From Camelus ferus (lineage: Eukaryota), in contig NC_045696.1 of the NCBI RefSeq assembly GCF_009834535.1, positions 54,500,001-54,564,000 on the forward strand: 64,000 bases of DNA, in the 5' to 3' direction. The notes under the pieces were generated by a model. That model saw nothing but the letters and a program-made list of their open reading frames with translations, was not told where the DNA came from and did not search any database. A program made the position numbers and the translations under genes. Below, piece after piece: positions 13,369-26,537 of the stretch (the first letter of the stretch is position 1; the number at the start of each line of letters is the position of its first letter).

Positions 13369-14673
13369 AGAAAGTAACTACCATTTTACCCATTTAAACT
13401 ATCTTTGTTTTTTTTTCTTAAGACAGAGGTGCCTTGGGCCTTTCCATTTCAGAAATTAAAAGCTACATAATGCACAGCAACACTTCCATCCTACATTTTC
13501 CATATATAGCAAGGCCCATTTTGACACATAATAGTAAGCCATTGAATGAGGCACTCAATTAACAATGGAACAAAATGAAATGTTTAGTTTGTAATAATGT
13601 ATCACAGAGGGCCAATTCCAACAGTGACCTTCAAGTAAAGCTGTTCAGTCTTTTCCTGCAAGACCATTCTATTGTGCTTCGTAATTAATAATTTCACACA
13701 TGGATATTGATGACAGGATTCAAACAGGGAATCAGCAACCCCTCAGATCTGTCCCCATTAAGGGAGCAGAGGGGATGGCTCACTGAGCTCCACCAGCTAG
13801 GATAATTGTTATGAATAAGGAGGTGTGTCGCTTCCCTGCAGAGGTAGGGGCGCCTGTACCAAATTACACACCAGCTATACACAATTCAGTCCATTGGAAC
13901 GTAGGACATACCCTCAGTAAATGCAAATGGCCAAATACAGCATGGCTGATGGTCTCTGCAGAAAATGAAAACTGAATTTGGAAAGCAGGATGAGGAACTG
14001 GAGAATTGCTAAATGTGAAAAGCTAAGAAAATGGACAAGCCCAGGCCAGAGGCCAAGAAGAGTCCCTGCCAATTTTCCAGAAGCAGTCACTGTTCAAATA
14101 TTTAATAACTCCCAAGTATTCTTTTCCCTCTTTTTACTATTTATCTCCCATCTTGCCAACTAAATCCTGCCCTACACTGCACTGCTAAGAACTCATTTTC
14201 TTCCAGTCTAAAACTCCAACCTCCAAGTAGATTTCGGTAATACAACGGGAAAGAAGCCATGAATTTTAATATTTCAGACCCCAGAGAACACCAAAAATCA
14301 TGTCAATTCCATATCTTTGCAACTATCTTTTAAGGAGGAAAGGAACAAAAACAGAAGTATCAACAATACAGAGAAGTGTACCGCAGACAATAAAAGAGAT
14401 ACATACCTGAAGATTCCCTCGAAAACATTTTTAATGTAAATCAAATGAAAAAATGCATTACAGAGATTGAAATTAATTGAAATTCACTATGGCTATTGCT
14501 AGAAAAAAAGTAATATCCCCCTCAGTGCTTCTCTGCATAAAATTGAGATTTGAATAGGGTTCACTTATCTTAAAGAAAGGTACAACTAAACATTATATGG
14601 AGACATGGATCATTTAAATATCTCTTATTCCTAGATTATATATTGGTTATTTAACTTCTGGATTAAGACTCAC

Positions 14674-14850
14674 GAATCAAATAGAGGTGATGGAAGATAC
14701 TGAGATGTCACTTTCTGGTATATTCAGTGGAGAAAGTCATCATACGCTACGAAAGTCCAGCAACCATAGTTCTGTTGCAAAAATCAGTTTCACTTACCTA
14801 GAAAAAATAAAAAGAAGAAAAAATAGGAGAAAAAATGTTTAGTAGAATTC
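14674..14850 (-). other. Candidate recursive splice site (AG|GTAAGT) with 124-nt RS-exon (14797..14674)
   Basis: Minus strand reads 'tactaaacattttttctcctattttttcttctttttattttttctag|GTAAGTG', with AG at 14799-14798 and GT at 14797-14796. Downstream donor TTC|GTGAGT at 14673. Stops in all three frames. Confidence 0.55.
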
Positions 14851-15951
14851 TGTAAAAGCTAAAGGTTGTGTTTTTCCCTTGTCAACTTTCCCCCCCTTTC
14901 CACATTCACTTTTCAGGAAAGCACCCCATCAGTATCAGTATCTTAACATTAGTATCAAAGATCATGTGGACACAGTGGAGAAGATGATGCTTATTCTTGG
15001 CAATGGAGAACAACGAGGTCGACCCTCTCTTCATATCTTGTTCTGTAGGTGTCTCATGGAGGGGGGGGGGGAAGTGAGAGACTATCTTAACTTCTTTTCA
15101 GAATGGAAAGGCATGAGTCACTGTTCTCTGAACTAGAGGCATATCTGCTCCTTGGGAGTTACCTCCCAATCTTGCTCTTCCCTGCCTCTGAATCTTTGTT
15201 CATGATCCCCCTCCTTTCAGCCCCTCCCACCCCAGCCCACCATCCTGCCATTCCGTCTACGTACACTGCTCTCTCTGGCTGTCCAATGTCTAGTGTTCTA
15301 TTTAGAATTAACCTTCTTTAAGAAGTATGTATACTTCTTTCAAGCCCAAGCAAAGTGCATCTTCTGTGTGCCTAGCTCTGTGTTTCCTGCTAAAACACTA
15401 GTTAAAGCACTGCCCTGTAGTTCACCGTTCACTTGTGTGCCACCTGCGACAATATGAGCTCCCCAAGAGTAGAGTCTGCATCATATGCCTTGCTTTTTTT
15501 CCATTGTTAACATAGCATGCCCTGGGATATGGCTAATTTTAATATGTATCTGGGAATGGGACAATAAACTAACTGATAAATAAAGGGAACCCAAGTCAGA
15601 GCCAAAGAAAGACAGGGGGAGCTGATTGCCTAGGGTGACTCTAGAATCTAGGTTTTATGGGAGAGACCTAAAGATGTTGCCCTGTTTCCTTCCTGGTCAG
15701 CTTCAGGTTAGAAAAACAATCACAAATAAACAAAGAAGTTCTGGGCTAGAACATTAAGTATTTCAAGGACAACACACGGTACTTGGTGCGAGGTCTACTT
15801 GAGGATCCCGAGGAAGTAAAAAGCTCTGAGTGACTCCACTTGTAACTGTCCATGTTACGTGTCTGTCTGTGATCTTGTACAAGTGACAGTTCTCTCTAAC
15901 CCTTGCTTTCCTCAAATGGAAATCACCATATTTGGCCTGTCTACATTATCA

Positions 15952-16093
15952 TTTTTTTTCAAACTCTTTGTTTTGAAATAACTATACGCACACAGAACAT
16001 GAAAAATTTGTACATTGAGTCACACAAATCCTTCTCCCGACTTCCTCCAGTGATGACATCATACATATCCGTAATAGATATCAAAAGCAAGAA
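15952..16093 (-). mobile_element. Old L1 (L1MC/L1MD-like) 3' end inserted into a MIR
   Basis: 'ttttgaaataactatacgcacacaga...aatagatatcaaaagcaagaaa' is an L1M 3' end in reverse; TSD acattatcattt (15943-15954) / acatcatcattt (16094-16105); MIR-like sequence on both sides. Confidence 0.7.
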
Positions 16094-16169
16094 ACATCAT
16101 CATTTGTTGAGAACCAAATGGGATGATGAAAATAGCTTATTCATTGTATTCTTTTTTAAGGTTAAGTAT

Positions 16170-17030
16170 TCTCTATTCAACAATTACTTATTAAAGGCTT
16201 ACTATATACTAGGTATTTTACCATACCCTTGAGATACATTTGTGATCAAAATAAGCTGGTCCCAGGCCTTGATGAAGTTCATATAGAGTAGGAGAATAGA
16301 GAAAGATGAGATGATTAAAATGTTGTGCAGTAAGTTCAATTTGGATAACAATCTAAAAATAGGGATATCTAATTCAGACTAGAAAGAAGGATGTTATAGT
16401 CAGATAAGGCTTCCCAAAGAGAATTTTTCAGCCTAGACTCAAATTTGAATGATGAGTTGAAACTGTCCTAAAGAACCAGAGGAAGTATATGCAGGTTGAA
16501 GGAAGAGTATACATAAAGGCAAAAAGAAGGGGAAAAAATCTGGCCTATTTTAGTTTCAACCATTACATATGTTTTTCAAATGGCTGAGTAGTGGCAATTC
16601 AAAATGAAAATCCTTCAAGGATTTTGAGTGTTGTAGCAAAGAGATAAACCTAGAAAGGAGGAAGGTCTGGACAAAATAGGGCTTGGTAGGCCAGGATAAG
16701 GATTTTGGAATTTATTTTAAGAACAATTGGGGTCCAGGGCTGTGTTTTAAACAGGGAAGCATTATAATGAAATTGGTACATGCTGAATGCACACAGAGAA
16801 GAGGATACAATGGGGCAAATGTAGAGGTGGAGGCAGGAGAACAGGTAGAGGCTATAGCATTAATGCAGGCAAGACATTCCAGCAAGTTGAGCCAAGACAG
16901 TGGACAAGGGGATGGAGAGCAGTGGGAAGATTACTTCTATGACAGAACTGACTTAATCTGGAGATAAGGTGCATATAGGTATAAAAGGGAGGTAATAATA
17001 AAGGAGATATCAACGTTTCTAGCTTGATCA
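16170..17030 (-). mobile_element. L2 LINE fragment
   Basis: L2 tail 'attcaacaattacttattaaaggcttactatatactaggtatt' and body 'gggcttggtaggccaggataaggattttggaatttattttaag...ttttaaacaggga'. Confidence 0.75.
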
Positions 17031-17122
17031 CTACATAATGGTACAAGTGCAGAAGCAGCCTGAAGTGAGCTCTAGTAGTGAAAACACTTTGTAAACTGTA
17101 AAGTGCTACTAAAATATAAGTA

Positions 17123-17467
17123 CAGTTATTTCTCAGTATCTGTGGGGACTGGTTCCAGGACTCCTGTGGATACCAAAATCCACAGGTATTTGAATCCCCT
17201 ATACAAAATGGCATAGTATTTGCATATAACATATGCATATACTCCCATATACTTTAAATCATCTCTAGATTATCTATAATACCTAATACAATGTAAGAGC
17301 TACATAAATTATTGTAAATACAATGCAAATGCTATGTAAATAGTTGCCAATACACGGAAAATTCAAGTTTTGTTTTTTGAAACTTTCTGGAATTTTTTCC
17401 AAATATTTTTGATTTGCAGTTGGTTGAATCCATGGATCTGGAACTCGTGGATCTGGAGGGCCACTTG
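17123..17467. mobile_element. MER2-family (TcMar-Tigger) DNA element
   Basis: 'cagttatttctcagtatctgtggggactggttccaggac...ttggttgaatccatggat...gagggccacttg', flanked by TA on both sides. Confidence 0.9.
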
Positions 17468-20400
17468 TATTATTCTAGGTGCCGAGTACGTGTAATACAT
17501 GTATACACAATTTTCAAAAGGATTGTAAAAAGAAGTGGCCTACTTTCAGAGAGCAGTGTCAGCGCACGGCTCCTACACAGCACATCATAATTGGTTTGTG
17601 GCGCCATTTAGTAATGCCGAGACAATTCATTAAGAGAATCAAGAACAAGCAGGTGTTTCCATTAGAGCATGCTCTAATAAACACGCACACACACATTCAC
17701 ACACAACAGCCGGCCCAGGGCAGGATTAAACTTGCTGAAGCACCCAAATAATCCATTCAAGAAAACGACAGCAGAGAGGCATTTTTCATTCAAGAATGAA
17801 AACTAATACAAAATGAAAAGGAAAAATTGCTCAGGAGATTGGTAATTAAATAGCCCATCATGCTTATTACTTCCCAACATATCATTTAGATAAATAGCCA
17901 TCAATAGACCCAACATTCTGCCATTGTTTAGTGACTTAAAACGAAGTTAGTGATGTCATCAGTCTCAAGGAGCCAGAGATCAATTAGGCTATTGTTTTTC
18001 ATTAAAATGATTTGTGTTTTGTGTACTGTCTGATTATGTGTTGCTTGAGACCTGGGGACATATCTTGCTTATCTTTGAATTCCCCATAGGGCACAGCAGA
18101 ATGCCCTGCATGTAATAAGTACTCAAGGATATTGTTGAATTTTATGAACTTCATTAGAAATGAAATGCATTCGGTTATACAAAATGATTTATTTTCAACC
18201 TAATGGTATGGTGGTGATTACTTTAAGAGAGTGCTAGTGTTGGTAAGGTACTTTGTCAACTTTTCAGGAAAACGTCATTTCTCTTAAGTTGGCAATAGGT
18301 AATTTATCAGAGGGAAGTAAGGAGAGAAAGGATTTGCTTTGAATAAATTCCAAGAAATGAATTTCTTTGAAGTAACAGACTTATGACTTACTTAATTCAT
18401 AAAATTCATAATTCATAAAATACACCTCACACAAAATCTTGAAAATATTCCCACAATTGTGCTATTTTTGGAAGTTTCTCTTAACCGTCTATTGCCAATT
18501 GCCTTTTAATTCATAGCAAATCATTAATGAGACAGATTTTTGAGGAGGAATGTGTGGAGGAAAGCACAGCCAGCAATACCACATTATTACTATTATTAAT
18601 TTTGATTATTATTGGTGGGTAATCACTCTAATCATCACTTGACCTAACAGATTGTATTCATGTTCCTTCCATCTTGTCCTGGTGTGATTTTAAAGGACCA
18701 TGAGGTGAAAGTCTTGCCCTCTCTGGCCTATGGCATCTCACATGATTTCTTACCAGTAGAGAGTTGATATGATATGTTCCAACCTCTACTTTACAGCTCA
18801 CTGGTTTTCTGAGATGGCGTTGTTACTGAGCTGCTTCTTCTCGGGGTGCTGGCAGGCATCACTGGGCCACTACTCTCCCTCAATTTTACAAGCAAGTCTT
18901 GCAATTTTATGAGATGGCTGCCTCACTTAATTAGCCTTGTGGCTTTAGGGCGGCGACAGTATTTAGGGATAAAGGTAGCCTCCCGGTTCCAGGAAGAATT
19001 GATGCCCACATTATTCAAAATGGCTCCACAGAAAAACTTCCGTATCAGTACCCTAAAAGAAGCCACTTCTTTTAATGGAAGGTTTATCCATTTTATTTGA
19101 CACAACTAATATTTTTCACTTGAACAACCAAAGAAGAGAATAAGATTTCAAGGCTGAAAGTTGGAACTAGTTTTCAACCTTAGGAGGCAGCAGGAAGATC
19201 ACTGTAGTGCAGTCATCTCTCTGTCATTAGCTACGGTCATCTGATAGCAAGAAAGAGAATCCTTTTCCTAAACTTAGTCTGGAGCTTTTATCAAATGGCC
19301 TCATATTCTAAATGGAGATGAAGCCAGTTACTAGCAGGGATGGGAAGGAAATAGCAAGTATCTTTACCCATTGTTTACTCTTTCCTATCGTGCAGTATCC
19401 CACCAATCAGGTCACTGCGTGTGAACACACTGGCTGTAGCAACAAAAAGTCAGCTGATCTAAGGAAGTGGCTTTTAGGACCATGTGACTGGTTACTGCCG
19501 ATTAGTCATCTAAAGAGGTTCAGTGGGAAATGTTACTCCTTTTATCTAAAATGGTACATTATGGATCCTGCCAGAGTTCAAAGAGGAAAGGAAAGTTGGT
19601 AAACCTGAAAGCCTCATTCAAAAAATTCAACATCATCAAGAATGTGAAATTGGGAAGAAATGAAACTAGAGCTATGGTAGAGGTTCCAAGTTATTTCTGC
19701 AACTATGCTTAGTAAAGATGAGAAATCATTCTTGGTAAAACTAAACCAGCATATATGTATATCTTTGGAATGGGCACATGCTGCCCAGAAACATTCACTA
19801 GAATAATGTTTTGCTTAAATGAAATAAAACTGCCAGGACATACACATGTGGTCCTCACATAGTAAAAACAAGAGGCATTGGTTGCTTGCTCAAACTTCCA
19901 CTGTGAAGGCAATTTCTGTGGAAGAGTATGCACTTGAGCCAAAAGAGCCCCCAGGACGACATCTCTCAACCATCCTCTCCAGCCTTAGACCTTTGAAAAG
20001 AATTCAAGGGACAGCTCCAATCTGAGCCCCCATGCTCTACTCTCATTTCCTTTCAATCAAAATGGGAATGAAGGAGATTATGTGACATGGCTGATTATTA
20101 CATCTTTAACCATCTGCTTGTGTCATATTGAGTTCTAGCCAGTAAAACTCTCCCTCTATTTCCTTTTCTACTTCCTGACTTCTTTCAATCTGCCTTCTAG
20201 CAATGGCTATCAGTAAGTTCCATTTCATAATAGCATTACTGGCTGCATTATTAATTGAAATGAAAACAACATTTTAATGGGCATAAAAGTCATTTGGAAA
20301 TGAGATACAGTATTCCAGGCACTGCCTGCCTGGGTGCAGACCTAAAGCAAAAGCACTCTGACAGTTTGATTATTATGCACAGTAGTGCAATCTAGTTGGC

Positions 20401-20624
20401 TCTGGATTCCTAGAGCGGAGTTTCCCGTTTGCATAAACATCTCTTCTGACTGTTTGCTTTTTCCTTGTACTTAAGGGACAAACCCTAAGGTTCTTCTTTC
20501 CCTCTGATTAATCCCACACATTATGTTACTGCAATACTATCTCTCATTTGAGCAATCATAAATGGCTTGATCCTTCTTTGTCCCTGAGTTGGAGAGAGGG
20601 ACCCAGAACTGTGGCTCAATCCTT

Positions 20625-21250
20625 TTAATTCAGTCTTTATAGAGGCCCATCAGGACCTATACTACCTAATCTTGCTTTCTTTCTGACCTAATTTTCTACT
20701 GTCTCCATCACCACCCCACCACTGTTCGGCCCATTCAACTCCGGCTACACTGGCATCCTTACTCCACCACTGATTTCGCAGCCACATAACACTACAGGAC
20801 ATTCAAGTTGGCTGTCACCTCTGATCAGACCAGTCTTCCCTGAGATGTCTGTATAATTCAACTCTTTCACCTTCTTCAAGTCTTTGCTGAGATGTTAACT
20901 CTTCCAAGAGACTTACTCTGGCCACCTGTATTTGATATGGGCACCTGACCCCAACCATTGTCATAAACTCCCAGCCCCTTAACTGGCTCTACTTTTTCTT
21001 TTATTCATAGCACCATTTACTTATCAAGCTATTAATTTATGTATTTCTGCTACTACAATTTTTATTTATATGTATATATATGTATAAAATATACATATAT
21101 ATAAAACTATGTATGTATATATGGTATGTGTATATATATAAAAGGTGTATGTATATATAAAGTATGTATATAAAAAGTACATACATATGCATAGAAGTAT
21201 GTGTGTATGTATGTATTTATGTCTCCATAAATATTTGTTAAATGGATTAA
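20625..21250 (+). mobile_element. L2 LINE 3' region containing a TA/TG-rich microsatellite (~21065-21220)
   Basis: L2-like body 'ctctttcaccttcttcaagtctttgctgagatgttaactcttccaagagactt' and tail 'ataaatatttgttaaatggattaa'. Confidence 0.75.
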
Positions 21251-22882
21251 GGAAACACGGGCCTCTTAGTCAATCTGTTGCTCTCCTAGTTCCAGACACT
21301 CGTATGCTTTCCAAAGAATAGATCAGCATTTGCCCTTCCCTCTCCTAGAACTTGTTGTCCCTGCTGGCACCAAACACCTGACTAACTTTGCTGATACTGA
21401 TTTTTCTCTTCTTCCATAGTACTGTTAGCTCTACTTTATCTATTATTAATCGAATCTTCAAATCTCACTGTCAGTAACTGTAGTAAGAAGGATGTATCAC
21501 TGACAGAAAATAAGATTAAGTCTTAAATGTGTAGAGAACTGAAGGAAGTCCAGATACTATCTTTTCTGATCTCATTACCTATCAACCAATCAATGGGAAT
21601 CTCTTCTCACTGACATAGAATTCTAACATACAAGTCACCCAAGCTAGAAAACATCAACCATGAATCCTTTCTCTTGTATGCAAACCATGTAATTTAGTAA
21701 TAGCTACTCAACTACCACTGACCTGCTAATTAATCCATGGATTTTTTTCTTCCTGTGCCTTTAATCATTTCCACTGATAACTGAGTCACTTTAGAAATAC
21801 TCATTCTCTGCTCAGACTCACCAACTAAATGCTACTAGAGTCTTGTTATAATAAAACACTGAAATGTATCGACTCCCTGCCAACTTGTTCTCTTTCTCTC
21901 CCTTTCTTTTCTATGTGTCAGCTGGTGCCACTATGCAGACAGAATACAGAGAGGGGAAACTAGCAGCTAGTAAATGAGTAGTTTGTGTCACAGGTGAAGG
22001 TGAAAAATGACTCCTCATCTCAGTCAAGAAACAAGTCGGTCCTACTCTCCCAGAATTGAAGATTTACCTGTCCTCTGACTTCCTGTCAATAATTTCAAAT
22101 CCGCCTAAAAATAACTGGTTGGGACCTTCTTCCCTAGAGTCCTTTTTTCTGAGAACACATGATTGATTTTCATCTTCTACCACCAAGCAACAAGTGCTGT
22201 ATGTTTTCTGATGGTACTATATTTGCATCTGGTGATTCACACAGTGTCTACTGAAAGTGTCTAGTGATCTGATATGAATTCTATCCTTTGATTTAGAAGG
22301 TGTTCAATTGTAGCTACTCCCTGAATAACAACTTACGTGCTGGCTTCCGTTTTCTGTTCTGATATTTATTTCCTGTGTGTCTTTGAAAGTGTCAACTCAC
22401 CTCTCTGAGCCTCAGTAGCCAGAACAGAAAGATCAGGCTATTTATCTGCCTCACAGAGATGTTGCTTAGTTTACATTTTGTGACATACAGTTCATACCAA
22501 CTGTTAGGATTTCCTCTGAAATATTATATAAAACAATTTATTTCTTATCCAATGTTTGAGAGAAAAGGAACTGAGATGTTAAATGATGCAGTTGCTCTAG
22601 ACCTCTAGTTACCGCAATCAAAATGAGTGGCTCGATCAGGCCAGGTTTATGCACCATTAGCTAACAGACCAGAGAAAATAGTGTGTAGTCTTCCTGTGTA
22701 GGAATTACTTTTGTACCCACTTAGATTTCCCACCAACTCAGGGAGGTCATCCGACAGTGCAGGCAGGAATGTTAACCCTCCTTGCCTTGAAGCAGTGCTA
22801 CCAAGAAAATAAATACCCATTCAGAGGTCACCCAGGGCTCTGTTCATGACATAAGAAAAGTCTTCTTTAAGGTCAAGTTGGG

Positions 22883-23510
22883 GCATATATCCACAGGAAA
22901 CTCTATTTGAAAAGATACATGCACTCCACTGTTCATAACAGTACTATTTATAATAGCCAAGGCATGGAAACAACTTAAATGTCCACTGACAGATAACTGG
23001 ATAAAGAAGTTGTAGGATATTACTCAGTCATAAAAAAGAATAAAATAATGCCATTTGCAGCAACACGGATGGACCTAGAGATGGTCAAACTAAGTTAAGT
23101 AGTCCAGAAAGGGAAAGAAAAATATCATATGATACATCTTATATGTTGAATAAAAAAAAAGAAAAAGATACAAATAAACTTACTTACAAAACAGAAACAG
23201 ATTCAGACATAGAAAACAAACTTACAGTTACCAGTGGGGAAAAGGAGGTGGGGAGGGATAAATTGGGAGTTTGAGATTTGCAGATACTAACTACTATATA
23301 TAAAATAGATAAACAGCAAGGTCCTACTGTACAGCACAGGGAACTATATTCAACATCTTGTAATAGCTTATAATGAAAAAGAATATGAAAAGGAATATAC
23401 ATATATATGTGTATGTATAACTGAATCACTATGCTGTACACCAGAAATTGACACAACATTGTAAACTGAAAAATACTTCAGATTAAAAGGAAAAAAAAAA
23501 AAAAAAAAAA
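22883..23510 (+). mobile_element. Relatively young 5'-truncated L1 with poly(A) tail
   Basis: ORF2-end and 3' UTR motifs ('gccaaggcatggaaacaacttaaatgtccactgacaga'); A20 tail at 23491-23510; degenerate TSD aaggtcaagttggg / aagaacaagctggg. Confidence 0.95.
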
Positions 23511-23892
23511 GAACAAGCTGGGAGGGATCCAGCATCACATGACCAATCAGTGTGCCAGATTCTCTAACAGAGGAAATGTTCAATGAGCACTTTCCTTTTC
23601 AAGTTTATGAGGTTCTATCTTTACTTCGAATATTACCTTCCACAGGCAAACACATTTTTAGAATGCCCTGACAGAAATGCTTCTTGTCAGTTTGACACTG
23701 ATCATTTCCAAATGTTAACTTTACCCACCCCCAAACACAGTTTTAACACCACTGAACATACTAAAAATAAATGTGTCTACAAGAGATTCTGAAAAGAGAA
23801 TTCTGGAGATGTCTTGACTGTTACAGCAGAGTTGGAATAAGAATACACCCTAAGGTAAGCTTATGTTTTCATACACTTTTTTCCCTCTTGAG

Positions 23893-24157
23893 GCAGTGAA
23901 TTGTGAGGGTGAAAAATACGACATGTGCAGCCAGACTCTTGGTTTAAAACCTTCCACTGGAGTTCGCTAGCTGTGCTGACAAGCAAGCTGTTTAACCAAT
24001 CTGAGGCTTACCATCCCTATCTGTAAATTGAGGATAAGTACAGAACCCAGCTTGCAAGGTTACTGAAGAGAAAAGGATTTGATCTACGTAGAACACTGGA
24101 ACAGAATCTGGCATAAGGCAAAAAGAGGAGTGTTAGCTATTTTAGGTATTATTATTA
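23893..24157 (+). mobile_element. Near full-length MIR SINE
   Basis: tRNA-like head, core 'tttaaccaatctgaggcttaccatccctatctgtaaattgaggata', tail 'gtgttagctatt'. Confidence 0.75.
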
Positions 24158-26537
24158 CTAAAGTCATTGTTTTAAAGGCACAGAAGATGACTTATAAAGT
24201 GTCACAGCACCAAAGAGGTGACAGAATCTATGACTGAAAGCTATTTCTTGAGGCTCCAGCCAAAAAGATGTATTCTTCACCACAGCCAATCTGCCTGCAC
24301 ATACATATCCAAAAACCTGAAGAAAATCACACGATGGAGACTCAGATGATAATACAGTGCAAGGGATTTAGGGGGTGGGGAAAAAAATCCGTGTCCTGCA
24401 GAAATAGCTATGACACTAAACACTGCTTCAGAGATATTTGATCTTTATTTTTCACAGAAGCTTAAGATAAGTGACAGACAGGGCTCTGAACCTACAGTTG
24501 GGCTTTAAAACTGTCAGGATATGGTGTTTTTGTATTAATGTGAGCATCTTTCAACAACTCAAGTGGAATAAACTATTACTCATCCCGCCCTCTGAATGCC
24601 AATAGTTTGTGAGCACAGAAGGAAGCCCCTATGTAGAAATACCCCACTTCACGTTCTAGGGAACAAGCCCAGGGAAAGTAAATACGTTATCGTATCACTA
24701 TACCAGACCTCGCCTTAATAAGAACAGGGAGAGCAAAAATGATGCGGCTATCATTTATTTTTCCAACTGAATATAGATCAGTCGTCATCTACGGTTTCAA
24801 AAATTTCATAATAATAGAAGGCAAATGGTAAATCAAAAAGGGACGCAGGACAGAATATATTTTACACGACCATATGTGACTGCGCTGTCCTTATAGTTAC
24901 CCTTCTGCCGTTGACGAGTGAAAATATTATCACAAACTTGTATTTGGGAACAACTCATCTACAGGCCTGTTTGACATAATCCCAGGAGGAGGGTTAGATT
25001 AGCTTTATCTGGGTGCTTCAGCTTCCTTATTTATCAAAAGGACATGATCATCTTTTCACTACATCCAGTGGCTTTCTCTCATCCTCTTTAAATGTTCTGC
25101 CACATTTTCTGACCAGCCTCTTTCTTCGGTTTTTCCATTACTGTACCAATCTTGTTCTTTCAGGTCGTGCATCCCTCTCTCGAACTCCAGTTCTTCCTGA
25201 CATCAGCTGTGGTCTTCCCCTGGGGTATAATCATCCAGCACCCTTTCACTGCGTTCTCTGAAAGGACTCATATATGTTTTCTTTGTTCACACTGCTCTTT
25301 AGCAAATGACCTTCAAATCTTTCTCTCCAGCACAAGGTCCCCAAACCTACCAGATATCTCTTCCTTGGTAATTTATTATCACCTCAATCTCATATTTAAA
25401 ACCACTTCAACTTGCTTCCCAAAATGATCCCATTCTGGCCAATGGGGAAATTATTCTAGTTCATTGAAGTTAAAGTTAAAGAGAAACCTGTGTCTCTTTC
25501 TCCCTATCACCCCAATATCTAGTCTACTGTTTCTCCATAATTTCTCTTCATGTCCTATGTCTTCTGATCTAATTATCTCTAATGTTATGTTACTAGTTCA
25601 TAGCTACTCCTAGCAGTGTCTTTTCTGCATCACTTCTACAGTGCTTTTTCATTAAAAAGCACCAATATACTTTTAAGTATTTTGATTATATTAAGTCACT
25701 TCCTTAAACAAGGATTTGTGGTACTTCATTTTGTTTCTGAGACCAAATACAAAGTCCTCATCTTGGTCCTTTAGGTCCCATTTGGAGTCTTGCAGTCTTA
25801 TTTCCAAAGGCTCAAAAAGAAGATGGGTTTTTCTCTATTAGTCTGCTCATAGGTCAAGCTCATTCCTACCCACCAGTGTCTACTCAGCTCTCTCTCCCGC
25901 CCACAATGCCCTCATCATTCCTCTAAACCAAACAAACCTGGTCATGGGTTTCCCCTACCTCCATCAATTCAGACTTCTCTTTTCCAAAATTGTCAGCAAA
26001 TTTGATAGTTCCTCAGGGTCTAATAATCTTACGTTTGCTATTAATTTTATAAATATTTTACAGTAATTTTTCTTTCCATTCAAGAAGTAATCTTTACTTA
26101 TAGATTACTCGCTACAAAAGTATTTGTATTTAAAAACTAGGGTTTTTAGTGATTATTTCCATTTAAATGCATCTTGTATAGAGGGATGAGAGAGAGTAAA
26201 GCACACCAGATAGGAAGACAAGGCTGTCATGTCTCAATTCAGCTCTCAATTATTCATGGGGCATTCCTTAGTATGGAAGAAGTCAGAAAACTGTGCAGAA
26301 CATTATTTTTTTAAACCGGTGTCTCTGTAGTACCTAGCAAACAACCTGTCCAGGTTAGGCTGGATAAATTTAGCTCCCTTAAACAAATTCAGATCTTCAT
26401 ATCAATGCAAATGAAATCTAAAGTTCTAAAGATACCTGCCATATAATCTAATATTCATTATCAGAATATTTATATATCAGAAAAGTTATATGCAAGTATA
26501 CTGATAATGAGTTTTAGATTACATGGGCAAGTTGGAT

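Noticed and set aside
13141..13459. Poly-His and poly-Ser ORFs
   Set aside because: Produced by the (CAT/CAC)n repeat; no supporting splice or domain evidence.
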